Assembly: GCA_018436095.1 (NCBI GenBank) | Contig: JAHDMJ010000009.1 | Location: 128,888-192,887, forward strand | Direction of reading: 5' to 3' | Length of the DNA stretch: 64,000 nt | DNA from: Clostridia bacterium | Lineage (GTDB): Bacteria; Bacillota; Peptococcia; DRI-13; UBA5745 | Part shown: one piece after another, positions 56,501-64,000 of the stretch | Layout: each line of letters begins with the position of its first letter | How positions within the stretch are numbered: position 1 is the first letter of the stretch | The notes under the pieces: generated by a model | Seen by the model: only the letters and a program-made list of their open reading frames with translations | Told to the model about the DNA's origin: nothing | Databases searched by the model: none | Position numbers and translations under genes: made by a program

Positions 56501-56855
56501 CAATCCCTTGGTTTTATCCGACGAAGAGCTGGCCGAAGCCATGGCTCAGCGCCAGGATCCCGGCTTTACGGCAAAATCTGCCGCTTACTGCCTGGGTATC
56601 CTGGAAGAGATTGCTCTTTTATTGCGTGAGGAAGAAGGGGGCACCCGTTACATCCATCTGGCCCCGCCGCCCCCAACAAAGCTGGATCTGAACCATTCTT
56701 CCCTTTATAAGGAGGGACAGGAAAGCAGACAACTATTTGAGGAATATATAACTTTGGCATTTTCACCGGACCCGGCTGAATTGCTGGCAGGCATTAACCG
56801 TCCAATATTACCGGAAGGGAGGCGTAATCATGATTCAGGAATCCTACATCCATGA
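53586..56855 (+). CDS. recJ: single-stranded-DNA-specific exonuclease RecJ fused to a RecQ-like SF2 helicase (1089 aa)
   Basis: aa 1-~580 carry DYDADGMTA, ITVDCGI, IITDHH and FGGHELACGF (DHH/DHHA1) plus an OB region. aa ~605-945 carry helicase motifs I ATGRGKT (nt 55503-55523), II DEAH (55815-55826), III ATTATA, V STSAFGEGADIPD and VI QLSGRAGRDG. It is one uninterrupted frame. Confidence 0.85.
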   Translation: MTQHRKWQIQGDVSALGLTPTGPLGLLPLTAELLALRGYQGEEAQKEFLNHKGLQNLSDFWRLPDMAQAVEIIRDAIIKEKKICIFGDYDADGMTATALLIKALASLGNKADYYIPHRLDEGYGLNREALRIVKERGAELLITVDCGISAVEEAAYAKDLGLALIITDHHRPPQVLPEAAATINPELMAEPGKSRGLAGAGVAFALAACLYKRLGGRNELPELSQLAAIGTLADGMPLTGDNRILVAEGLAQINKNPLPGIKALLKTSGLEEKTISGGHVTFTLAPRLNAAGRMGDPSLGVKLLLAQDMITAQPYACELEAVNKSRQEMEGRILEEILDRLDKDPSLAAKPILVLAGEDWHMGVIGITAARLLERFGRPAILISFDQEGVGRGSGRSLPGCNLHEALTEHAGMLLAFGGHELACGFQLTRDNFEVFREKLENYSASRWLLREGQNGKVQTADLTVSFDQLTLAALEELELLAPFGAENPQPLLVLRAMELMELKALGQERRHYKLFFRPAGLAGDKRPNRKKSQDLVAIAFSMEENIFYPQPGQIYDLLFQPEINQWQGRRTVQALLRDFRLSLRENEPLQEDEDLNPRLTAKDWTCYQKEILGEGFYRPKQIEALEALAAGENTLLVMATGRGKTAVFQTAAAALNQGSIAIFIYPLRSLARDQERRMAKTLEPLGIHTALAWGGLDHWQKKDFFKNLYQGNIRLIITTAEFLQAHLEKFKPVAERIGLFVADEAHHLGMSHRQAYKELANTWRSLGRPLFLATTATADEACAAKILRDFKIGRLVAEEHCRENLFLADARGREDKLAYLLEIIQPESKIIVYVNSRRLAEELAGLLQDSLPQMKNKIAYYHGGLLPALRQSIEGAFLAGDISVLVSTSAFGEGADIPDIRDVVLYHLCFSRAEYNQLSGRAGRDGKPARIHLLYQQKDQELNRLLLKEESPDRGVLGSFYLYLREQAAAANPLVLSDEELAEAMAQRQDPGFTAKSAAYCLGILEEIALLLREEEGGTRYIHLAPPPPTKLDLNHSSLYKEGQESRQLFEEYITLAFSPDPAELLAGINRPILPEGRRNHDSGILHP

Positions 56856-59058
56856 ACAGAAGTCCATGAATTGGCTGAAGTCGAAATACCCCCATCCTTT
56901 GGAATCGGAAAAGATTCAAAAGGCTTATGATTATGCCTCCGAAGCCCATAAATATCAGGTGCGCAAATCCGGAGCCCCCTACATCAACCACTGTCTGGCC
57001 GTAGCCTGTATCCTGGCGGATATGGGCATGGATGCAGCCTCCGTCTGCGCCGGCCTGCTCCATGATGTGGTTGAGGATACGGATACCACCGTGGAAGATA
57101 TCAGCCGGGATTTCGGACCGGATATTGCCCTGATGGTGGACGGTGTGACGAAGCTGGGCAAACTGGAATGCCGCTCCAAGGCGGAGCGCCAGGCGGAAAG
57201 CTTCCGCAAAATGTTTTTGGCTATGGCCAAGGATATCCGGGTGATTTTGATTAAGCTGGCGGACCGCCTTCACAACATGAGGACTTTGGACGTCCATAGT
57301 CCGGCCAAGCAGCAGGAGATCGCCAGGGAAACTATGGAGATTTATGCGCCCTTAGCTCACCGGCTGGGTATCTTCAGCATCAAAAATGAGCTGGAGGATT
57401 TATCCCTGCGTTATCTGGATCCGGATAAATATTATTACATTCTGGAAAGCCTGGCCAGCCTGCGGGTAGAGCGGGAAGACTATATTGCCGATGTTATTGC
57501 TACCATGAAAAAAAAGCTGGAGGAAGTGGGCATTGCCGCCGAGATCAAAGGCCGGCCCAAGCACTGCTACAGCATTTATAAAAAAATGGAGGCCCAAAAC
57601 AAGGACGTAAGTGAGATATACGACCTGATTGCCATCCGGATTATCGTTAAATCCGTCCAGGATTGTTATGCTGCCCTGGGCATCATTCATACCATCTGGA
57701 AGCCCATTCCCGGCCGTTTTAAAGATTTTGTGGCTATGCCCAAAGAAAACATGTATCAATCCATCCATACTACGGTTATGGGAGAAAAAGGAGAGCCCTT
57801 TGAGATCCAGATCCGCACCGAGGAAATGCATCAAGTTGCGGAGTATGGCATTGCCGCTCACTGGATATACAAAGAAGGCGAAGAGAAATCCTATGACCGC
57901 TATTTTGAATGGCTGCGGCAAAGCCTGGAATGGCAGTCGGAGACGAAGGATACCGAAGAATATTTTGAAATGCTGAAGCTGGATATGTTTCAGGATATCG
58001 TTTTTGTTTTTACGCCTAAAGGGGACGTTATCGAGATGCCCGTAGGGGCCACCCCTTTGGATTTTGCTTACCGGGTTCATTCCGACGTAGGTCACCGCTG
58101 CATCGGCAGCAAGGTCAACGGCCGCATTGTTACGCTGGATTATGAGCTAAAAAACGGCGATATTGTAGAGATTCTCACCTCCAAGACTTCCAACGGCCCC
58201 AAACGGGATTGGCTTAATATCGTGCGTACCTCTCAGGCCCGCAGCAAAATCAGGGCCTGGTTCAAGAAAGAGAAGCGAGGCGAAAACCTGGAAAAAGGCA
58301 AAGAGCTGCTGGAGCAGTCTCTGCTTAAATTCGGCCAGGAGTCCCGGGAACTTCTGAAAGGCGACGCCCTTATTGAAATTGCCCGGCGCTTTGGCTACAA
58401 TACTATGGACGATTTATTCGTAGCTTTAGGCGACGGCAGCACCACTTTGCAGCCCGTATTTAACCGGATCAGGGAGGAGTTTTTTAAAAACGCCATTCCC
58501 GTTCTTACCGATGCGGAGCTGGCGGCCAAAGCCAATGAAGAAGGGGCTAAAGCTGCCAAGAAGCAGGAAGTGGCTTTTGGTAAAGCTACCAACGGCGTGG
58601 TGGTTCGGGGAGTGGACAACGTGATGATCCGTTTGTCCCGCTGCTGCAACCCCTTGCCCGGCGATCCTATTGTGGGCTACATCACCCGGGGCCGGGGCGT
58701 TTCCATCCACCGCCAGGATTGCCCTAACGCAAAGCATCACATAAATGAAGAAGAAGGCCGCATTGTGGAGGTGGCCTGGGACAGCAGCCTGCTGGGCTCT
58801 TTCACCGCCGAGCTGGAGATTGAGGCCCGGGACAGAAACCGCCTCACCAGCGACATTCTCAATGCCGTAGCCGATATTCGGGTGCCGATCCATGCCATCC
58901 ACTCCCGGGGCATGAAAAACGGCATGGCCATAACCAACATGAAGGTTGAAATCAAAAATTTGGATCATTTACAGTACGTCATTGACCGGATAGCCAGAGT
59001 AAAGGACGTAACGGAAATCCACCGGGTAGTGCCGGGCAAAGAAGGCTTGAGGGAATAG
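56830..59058 (+). CDS. relA: bifunctional (p)ppGpp synthetase/hydrolase (RelA/SpoT homolog)
   Basis: HD domain (LLHDVVEDT), synthetase region (YQSIHTTV, EIQIRT), and TGS and ACT regions. GGGAGG SD. Overlaps the recJ 3' end by 26 nt. Confidence 0.97.
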   Translation: MIQESYIHEQKSMNWLKSKYPHPLESEKIQKAYDYASEAHKYQVRKSGAPYINHCLAVACILADMGMDAASVCAGLLHDVVEDTDTTVEDISRDFGPDIALMVDGVTKLGKLECRSKAERQAESFRKMFLAMAKDIRVILIKLADRLHNMRTLDVHSPAKQQEIARETMEIYAPLAHRLGIFSIKNELEDLSLRYLDPDKYYYILESLASLRVEREDYIADVIATMKKKLEEVGIAAEIKGRPKHCYSIYKKMEAQNKDVSEIYDLIAIRIIVKSVQDCYAALGIIHTIWKPIPGRFKDFVAMPKENMYQSIHTTVMGEKGEPFEIQIRTEEMHQVAEYGIAAHWIYKEGEEKSYDRYFEWLRQSLEWQSETKDTEEYFEMLKLDMFQDIVFVFTPKGDVIEMPVGATPLDFAYRVHSDVGHRCIGSKVNGRIVTLDYELKNGDIVEILTSKTSNGPKRDWLNIVRTSQARSKIRAWFKKEKRGENLEKGKELLEQSLLKFGQESRELLKGDALIEIARRFGYNTMDDLFVALGDGSTTLQPVFNRIREEFFKNAIPVLTDAELAAKANEEGAKAAKKQEVAFGKATNGVVVRGVDNVMIRLSRCCNPLPGDPIVGYITRGRGVSIHRQDCPNAKHHINEEEGRIVEVAWDSSLLGSFTAELEIEARDRNRLTSDILNAVADIRVPIHAIHSRGMKNGMAITNMKVEIKNLDHLQYVIDRIARVKDVTEIHRVVPGKEGLRE

Positions 59059-59085
59059 GCTAAGGTTAGCAATGGAGGGATTTAT

Positions 59086-59532
59086 TTGCGGGCGGTAATC
59101 CAAAGAGTAAAGTCCTCTGCCGTTAGGGTAGAGGGAGAGACGGTTGGCGCCATCGGCCCCGGCCTTTTAATCCTTTTGGGCGTCGGCGAGGAGGATACAG
59201 AAGAAGATCTGAGCTATTTGCTGGAGAAATTGCCTTTTCTGCGTATATTTGAGGATGATGAAGGCAAAATGAATCTATCCCTTCTCGATGTCAAAGGAGA
59301 GGTTTTGGCCGTTTCTCAATTCACCTTGTACGCCGATACCCGGCGGGGGCGGCGGCCGGGTTTTAGCCAGGCTGCTTCGCCGGATAAAGGGAAGGCTTAT
59401 TATGAAGCCTTTGTGGAAGGTATCAGGAAGCAGGGCATAACTGTGGCCACAGGAGTTTTTCAGGCCCATATGGAAGTGGAACTGGTCAACGACGGCCCGG
59501 TAACCATTGTTATGGACAGCAAAAACCGTTAA
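59086..59532 (+). CDS. dtd: D-aminoacyl-tRNA deacylase
   Basis: MRAVIQRV N-terminus, [17 protein letters not shown] start after GGAGGG. Confidence 0.95.
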   Translation: MRAVIQRVKSSAVRVEGETVGAIGPGLLILLGVGEEDTEEDLSYLLEKLPFLRIFEDDEGKMNLSLLDVKGEVLAVSQFTLYADTRRGRRPGFSQAASPDKGKAYYEAFVEGIRKQGITVATGVFQAHMEVELVNDGPVTIVMDSKNR

Positions 59533-59544
59533 GGAGGAAAGCGT

Positions 59545-60204
59545 ATGGAAATCATTAATCTGGTTTTAGGCTCTTACGAAACAAACTGTTATATATTATA
59601 CGAACCGGGTCAGGCAGAGGGTATTGTCATCGATCCCGGTTTTGAGCCGGATACCATTATCGGCAAGCTGAAAGCCATCGGTGTTAAGCCAAAATATATT
59701 CTGGCCACCCATGGCCACGGCGATCATATCGGCGCTATCCCGGCCCTGAAAGAGGCTTATCCGGAAGCTCAGGTTCTGGTTCATGCCGCCGACGCCCCTA
59801 TGCTGGAAAATAGCAGCCGCAGTTTCTTGAATGCGATGGGCGGAACCCAGGCCCCCCGGGCCGACGGCCATCTCAAGGAAGGCGACGAAATTATTTGCGG
59901 CGCCATCAGGCTGCGGGTGATTCATACGCCGGGCCACACCGCCGGCGGCGTCAGCTTGCTGGCGGAAGACAACGGCTGCCTCTTTGCCGGCGATACCTTA
60001 TTTAACGGCTCCGTAGGCCGGACAGATCTTCCCGGCGGCAATTTCGACCAGTTGGAACTATCCATTCAAGGTAAGCTTTATCATTTGCCGGCGGAGTTTA
60101 CCGTTTATACCGGCCATGGCCCGGCTACCAGCATAGGCAAGGAAAAGCAATCCAATCCTTTTGTCCGGGCGGATTCCTCCACCAGGGATGATATCCATGG
60201 CTGA
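59545..60204 (+). CDS. MBL fold metallo-hydrolase
   Basis: THGHGDHIG (HxHxDH) and HTPGHT motifs. Confidence 0.9.
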   Translation: MEIINLVLGSYETNCYILYEPGQAEGIVIDPGFEPDTIIGKLKAIGVKPKYILATHGHGDHIGAIPALKEAYPEAQVLVHAADAPMLENSSRSFLNAMGGTQAPRADGHLKEGDEIICGAIRLRVIHTPGHTAGGVSLLAEDNGCLFAGDTLFNGSVGRTDLPGGNFDQLELSIQGKLYHLPAEFTVYTGHGPATSIGKEKQSNPFVRADSSTRDDIHG

Positions 60205-61732
60205 ACTGAAACCCTTGGCCTTTTTTTCTAATCATGCCGGCGACGGGGCTGTCCTGGCAGATCTCCTGCGCTCTTACGGTTATCTGCTGGAAGAGGAAGA
60301 CGGAGCCTGGAACTTTGATGAAACTATGGGGCTTGGCAGAGATGCCAAGCCTTGTTTAAGGGCTTTTTGGCAAGGGGATAAAAGCAGCCTGAACATGGAA
60401 TGGCGCCAAGGCAGCAGAATCTTTAGCCGGGAGGAGCCGGTGCGGCCCTTTGCTTTTGAGGAGACCCCGGAAAACCGCCGGCGGCGGGTCCTGCGGCTGG
60501 CCTTCCACCGGCTGCTGGAGCAAGAGCCCTTATTGCAGGAGATTCTTGAAGCTCCGCCGAACCCTTGGGGGATTTTGACGGGGGTAAGGCCTACAAAAAT
60601 GCTGCAGCGCTTTCTGGATCAGGGTTTGTCCCAAGAGGAAATTCATTTGATTCTCAGCCGGGATTTCGGCATTACGGAGCAGCGCAGCTCCTTGCTTTGG
60701 CAAGTTGGTACTGCTCAGCGGCCTTTTTTGCCTTCCCTGGCCGGAGACAGAAAGAAAATCAGCCTTTATCTCAGCTATCCCTTTTGCCCCAGCCGCTGCA
60801 GCTATTGCTCCTTTCCCGGCTATGATGTAAAGCGCTGGCGCAAATGGCAGCCGGCCTGCCACGAAGCCATGGAACGGGAGATTCGGGCCCTGGGCCAAGG
60901 GGCCAGGGATTCTGGCCTGCAAGTAGAGACTCTCTATTTTGGCGGCGGTACGCCTACGGCCATGGCGCCGGCAGATATGGACCGGATTCTCGGGGCTTTG
61001 CAGGAAGCCTTTCCGTTGCTGCCGGGTCTGGAATGGACGGTGGAAAGCGGCAGGCCGGAGACCCTCAGCCATGAAATGCTGGAGGTTTTGGCTTCTTATC
61101 CCGTAAACCGTATCTGCATCAACCCCCAAACCATGAGTCAGGCCACTTTGGATGCCTTAGGCCGCAAGCATGAGGTGAAAGCCATTGAAGAAGCCTTTGC
61201 CAAGGTAAAAGCCTTTTTGCCGGCGGCGGACTGGCGGATCAACAGCGATCTGATTCTGGGACTGCCGGGTGAAGGCTTGGCAGAGGTGGAGGACAGCCTT
61301 AGAGGGGTGCTGGAGCTCAGACCGGACAATATCACCTTGCACGGCCTGGCTATCAAAAGAGGCTCGGCCTACAAAGAAGGGCAGGAAACCTTACCCCGGC
61401 GGCAGCTTGGTCTTGAGATGACGGATTTAAGCTATCGCTTGCTTCGGGAAGGAGGCTATGAGCCCTATTATTTGTACAGGCAAAAAGATAGCTTAGCCGG
61501 CGGTGAAAATGTAGGCTATACTCTGCCCGGACGCCAATGCCTCTATAACATTTTGATGATTGAAGAAAGGCAGACCATTTTAGGTATGGGAGTAGGCTCC
61601 GGCAGCAAATTCCTGAACCCGGGGGACTGGTCTTTGGAAAACCTGTATAATCCTAAAGATTTAATCCAATATATTGAAAGGATCGAGGATTTGATCCGGC
61701 GGAAAGTTGACAAGCTGGCCCAGGTTGGATAA
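60197..61732 (+). CDS. hemZ: coproporphyrinogen dehydrogenase HemZ-like radical SAM protein
   Basis: YPFCPSRCSYCSF (CxxxCxxC) and HemN-like downstream regions. ATG 60197 overlaps the upstream stop. Confidence 0.8.
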   Translation: MAELKPLAFFSNHAGDGAVLADLLRSYGYLLEEEDGAWNFDETMGLGRDAKPCLRAFWQGDKSSLNMEWRQGSRIFSREEPVRPFAFEETPENRRRRVLRLAFHRLLEQEPLLQEILEAPPNPWGILTGVRPTKMLQRFLDQGLSQEEIHLILSRDFGITEQRSSLLWQVGTAQRPFLPSLAGDRKKISLYLSYPFCPSRCSYCSFPGYDVKRWRKWQPACHEAMEREIRALGQGARDSGLQVETLYFGGGTPTAMAPADMDRILGALQEAFPLLPGLEWTVESGRPETLSHEMLEVLASYPVNRICINPQTMSQATLDALGRKHEVKAIEEAFAKVKAFLPAADWRINSDLILGLPGEGLAEVEDSLRGVLELRPDNITLHGLAIKRGSAYKEGQETLPRRQLGLEMTDLSYRLLREGGYEPYYLYRQKDSLAGGENVGYTLPGRQCLYNILMIEERQTILGMGVGSGSKFLNPGDWSLENLYNPKDLIQYIERIEDLIRRKVDKLAQVG

Positions 61733-61810
61733 AATAACCGGGTAAAGTCAACAAAAAATGCAATTAACGACAAGTGATAAATGTTATTAAGGGAAGACGA
61801 GGGAATAAGA

Positions 61811-63607
61811 ATGAGCGATTCCATGCAGGGACTAAAACGGAGCTGTTATTGCGGACAGGTGACAGCCAAAGATGTAGATAAGGAAGTGACTCTGACGGGC
61901 TGGACTCACCGCCGCCGGGATCATGGCGGCGTGATTTTTGTGGACCTGAGGGACCGGGAAGGCCTGGTTCAAGTGGTTTTTGACCCTACGGCCATCGGTC
62001 CGGAGCTTTTTGACCTGGCGGAGACCATTCGTAATGAGTATGTTTTGGCGATTACCGGCAGAGTGCGGCTGCGTCCGGAGGGTTCTGCCAATCCCAATCT
62101 GAAAACGGGAGAAATTGAGGTTTTAGCCAGTGATTTGCGGATTTTCAGCGCCGCCAAAACTCCGCCTTTCTACATTGAGGACGATATCACCGTGGATGAA
62201 AGCATCCGCCTGAAACACCGTTATCTGGATCTGCGGCGGCCGCAGCTTTATAAGGGTCTGGCTCTGCGCAGTAAAGTAAATCAAAGCATCCGTAATTATT
62301 TTACCGCTCACGATTTCCTGGAGGTGGAGACGCCTACCTTGATCAACAGCTCTCCGGAAGGGGCCAGAGACTTCCTGGTACCCAGCCGCTTGCGTCCCGG
62401 CGAGTTTTACGCTTTGCCCCAGTCTCCCCAGATTTACAAGCAAATTTTGATGGTGGCCGGTATTGACCGCTATTTCCAAATTGCCCACTGCTTCCGGGAT
62501 GAGGATCTGAGAGCCGACCGCCAGCCGGAGTTTACCCAGTTGGATATGGAGATGTCCTTTGTGGAGCAGGAGGACGTCATTCAAATGGTAGAGGGCATGT
62601 TAGTTGCCGTATTTAAAGAGACCTTGGGTCTTGACCTGCCCCAACCCTTTCCCCGGATGACCTGGCGGGAAGCCATGGAGCGTTTTGGCTCCGATAAGCC
62701 GGATACCCGTTTTGGCCTGGAAATGGTAGAAGTGGGGGACATTATCGCCGAAAGCGAATTCAAGGCCTTCACCGCCGTTCTGGATAAGGGCGGCCGGGTT
62801 AAAGGCATCAATGCCAAGGGCTGCGCCGGTTTTTCCCGCCGGGAAATCGACGAGCTGACGAAGCTGACCGCTATTTATGGAGCCAAAGGCCTGGCCTATA
62901 TCACCATCCAGGAGGATGGCAGCTACAAATCCCCCATCACCAAATTCCTGACCGAGGAGCAGACCAAAGCTTTAGTAGAGCGGATGGAAGGCCAGCCGGG
63001 AGACATCTTATTCTTTGTGGCCGATACCTTCCCGGTGATGACGGCGGCTTTGGGCCATTTGCGGCTGCGGTTGGGTGAGATCCTGGGCCTCATTGACAAA
63101 GATCAATTCAATTTTCTTTGGGTGGTGGAATTCCCTCAATTCGAATATTCACCGGAAGAAAAACGTTATATGGCCATGCACCATCCCTTCACCATGCCGA
63201 TGGATGAGGACATGGCTATGCTGGATAAAGACCCGGGCCAGGTGCGGGCCAAGGCTTACGATATTGTCCTCAACGGCGTGGAAATCGGCGGCGGCAGCAT
63301 CCGTATCCACCAGCGGCAAGTTCAGGAGCAAATGTTCCAGGCCCTGGGCCTTACGCCGGAACAGTGCCGCAGCAAGTTTGGCTATTTGCTGGATGCTTTT
63401 GAATACGGCGTGCCTCCTCACGGCGGACTGGCCATCGGCATCGACCGTATGGTAATGCTGATGCTGAAGCGGGAAAGCATCCGTGACGTCATTGCCTTCC
63501 CCAAGACCCAAAGCGCCATGGACCTGATGAGCATTGCGCCTTCCGGCGTGGACGCCAAGCAGCTTGAGGAACTCCATATTGCGGTGAAGCTGCCGGAAAA
63601 ACAGTAG
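61811..63607 (+). CDS. aspS: aspartate--tRNA ligase
   Basis: [18 protein letters not shown] (motif 2), [19 protein letters not shown] (motif 3). ATG 61811 follows GAGGG. Confidence 0.97.
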   Translation: MSDSMQGLKRSCYCGQVTAKDVDKEVTLTGWTHRRRDHGGVIFVDLRDREGLVQVVFDPTAIGPELFDLAETIRNEYVLAITGRVRLRPEGSANPNLKTGEIEVLASDLRIFSAAKTPPFYIEDDITVDESIRLKHRYLDLRRPQLYKGLALRSKVNQSIRNYFTAHDFLEVETPTLINSSPEGARDFLVPSRLRPGEFYALPQSPQIYKQILMVAGIDRYFQIAHCFRDEDLRADRQPEFTQLDMEMSFVEQEDVIQMVEGMLVAVFKETLGLDLPQPFPRMTWREAMERFGSDKPDTRFGLEMVEVGDIIAESEFKAFTAVLDKGGRVKGINAKGCAGFSRREIDELTKLTAIYGAKGLAYITIQEDGSYKSPITKFLTEEQTKALVERMEGQPGDILFFVADTFPVMTAALGHLRLRLGEILGLIDKDQFNFLWVVEFPQFEYSPEEKRYMAMHHPFTMPMDEDMAMLDKDPGQVRAKAYDIVLNGVEIGGGSIRIHQRQVQEQMFQALGLTPEQCRSKFGYLLDAFEYGVPPHGGLAIGIDRMVMLMLKRESIRDVIAFPKTQSAMDLMSIAPSGVDAKQLEELHIAVKLPEKQ

Positions 63608-63628
63608 AAACAGCAGGAAATGCCGGAC

Positions 63629-63661
63629 CCGGCTGCCTCAAGAAAAGCTTCAGGCAGCCGG
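63629..63661 (+). terminator. 10-bp hairpin after aspS (no U-tract)
   Basis: CCGGCTGCCT (63629-63638) pairs with AGGCAGCCGG (63652-63661). Confidence 0.4.
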
Positions 63662-63742
63662 CGGCAAACGTATTATATAACCTATTATAGCCGTTTATTA
63701 CCGGCTTGGCCGGCGAATAGCTAAATTGGAAATCGCATATAC

Positions 63743-63771
63743 TTGAATTATCTGAGAAGCGATGATACAAT
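63743..63771 (+). promoter_or_regulatory. extended -10 sigma-A promoter of the putative 6S RNA
   Basis: TTGAAT (63743-63748), a 17-nt spacer, then TGATACAAT (63763-63771). Confidence 0.65.
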
Positions 63772-63785
63772 TTATATTGTAAGAT

Positions 63786-63966
63786 AAGAACCCTGCGGTG
63801 ATCGTGACCGGCCCCGTGTTTTGAGCCAACACATTTTGATTGGGAGCCTGAAGCTCCGCTTGTGACTTGCATGCCTGCTACGGGCAGGAGCGATCAAGCA
63901 AGCGGGAAGGCACCCACCTGCGAGAGCAGGTTCAAAACAAAGGCCTCCACGACATTGCGGGGTAAT
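63786..63966 (+). ncRNA. ssrS: 6S RNA candidate (ends approximate)
   Basis: No ORF. The closing helix is CCCTGCGGTG-A-TCGTG (63791-63806) with CACGA-CATTGCGGGG (63948-63962). Next come GGCC/GGCC, then a 10-bp helix GTTTTGAGCC (63818-63827) with GGTTCAAAAC (63929-63938). These surround a large central bubble that contains GGAAGGCACCCACC. It lies directly downstream of aspS, where B. subtilis bsrA (6S-1) lies. Confidence 0.7.
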
Positions 63967-64000
63967 TTTATACTTGTTTTTATTACCAAATTTTTCTGAT

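Overview
This is a chromosomal segment of an endospore-forming Firmicute. The window has no rRNA or tRNA, so I make no finer placement. Hand counts of single 60-nt lines give about 50-65% GC in the backbone. There are about 75 protein genes, mostly on the + strand, in blocks that follow Bacillus subtilis-type synteny: alaS-ireB-ruvX-DUF1292-mltG-U32 peptidase-class B PBP; sigK; YqeG-like phosphatase-M24 peptidase-efp; spoIIIAA-AH; asp23-nusB; an NfnAB-like oxidoreductase pair; xseA-xseB-dxs-tlyA-nadK-argR-recN-spoIVB-spo0A; spoIIM-xerD-deoB; and recJ-relA-dtd-MBL hydrolase-hemZ-aspS, followed by a probable 6S RNA. A minus-strand operon (10.7-16.4 kb) joins a PotABCD-like ABC importer to adenine deaminase. 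One clear accessory insertion (about 17.8-23.3 kb, AT-rich by eye) carries a decayed XRE gene, a BamHI/BglII-fold endonuclease with an MT-A70 methyltransferase, a 1-kb ORF-poor spacer with a repeat-containing mini-ORF, an orphan AgrCA-like LytTR two-component system and a VOC protein. The most unusual single gene is a 1089-codon ORF that fuses a complete RecJ exonuclease to a RecQ-like SF2 helicase. Other items worth a second look are a cluster of four 20-25 bp motif copies upstream of spoIIIA, a 161-nt imperfect palindrome between recN and spoIVB, a SpoIIIAF reduced to a 58-aa stub, and long perfect stems downstream of spo0A. I saw no CRISPR array, tRNA, rRNA, transposase or integrase (apart from xerD). 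All product calls rest on motif recognition by eye and on remembered family sequences; no database search was run.
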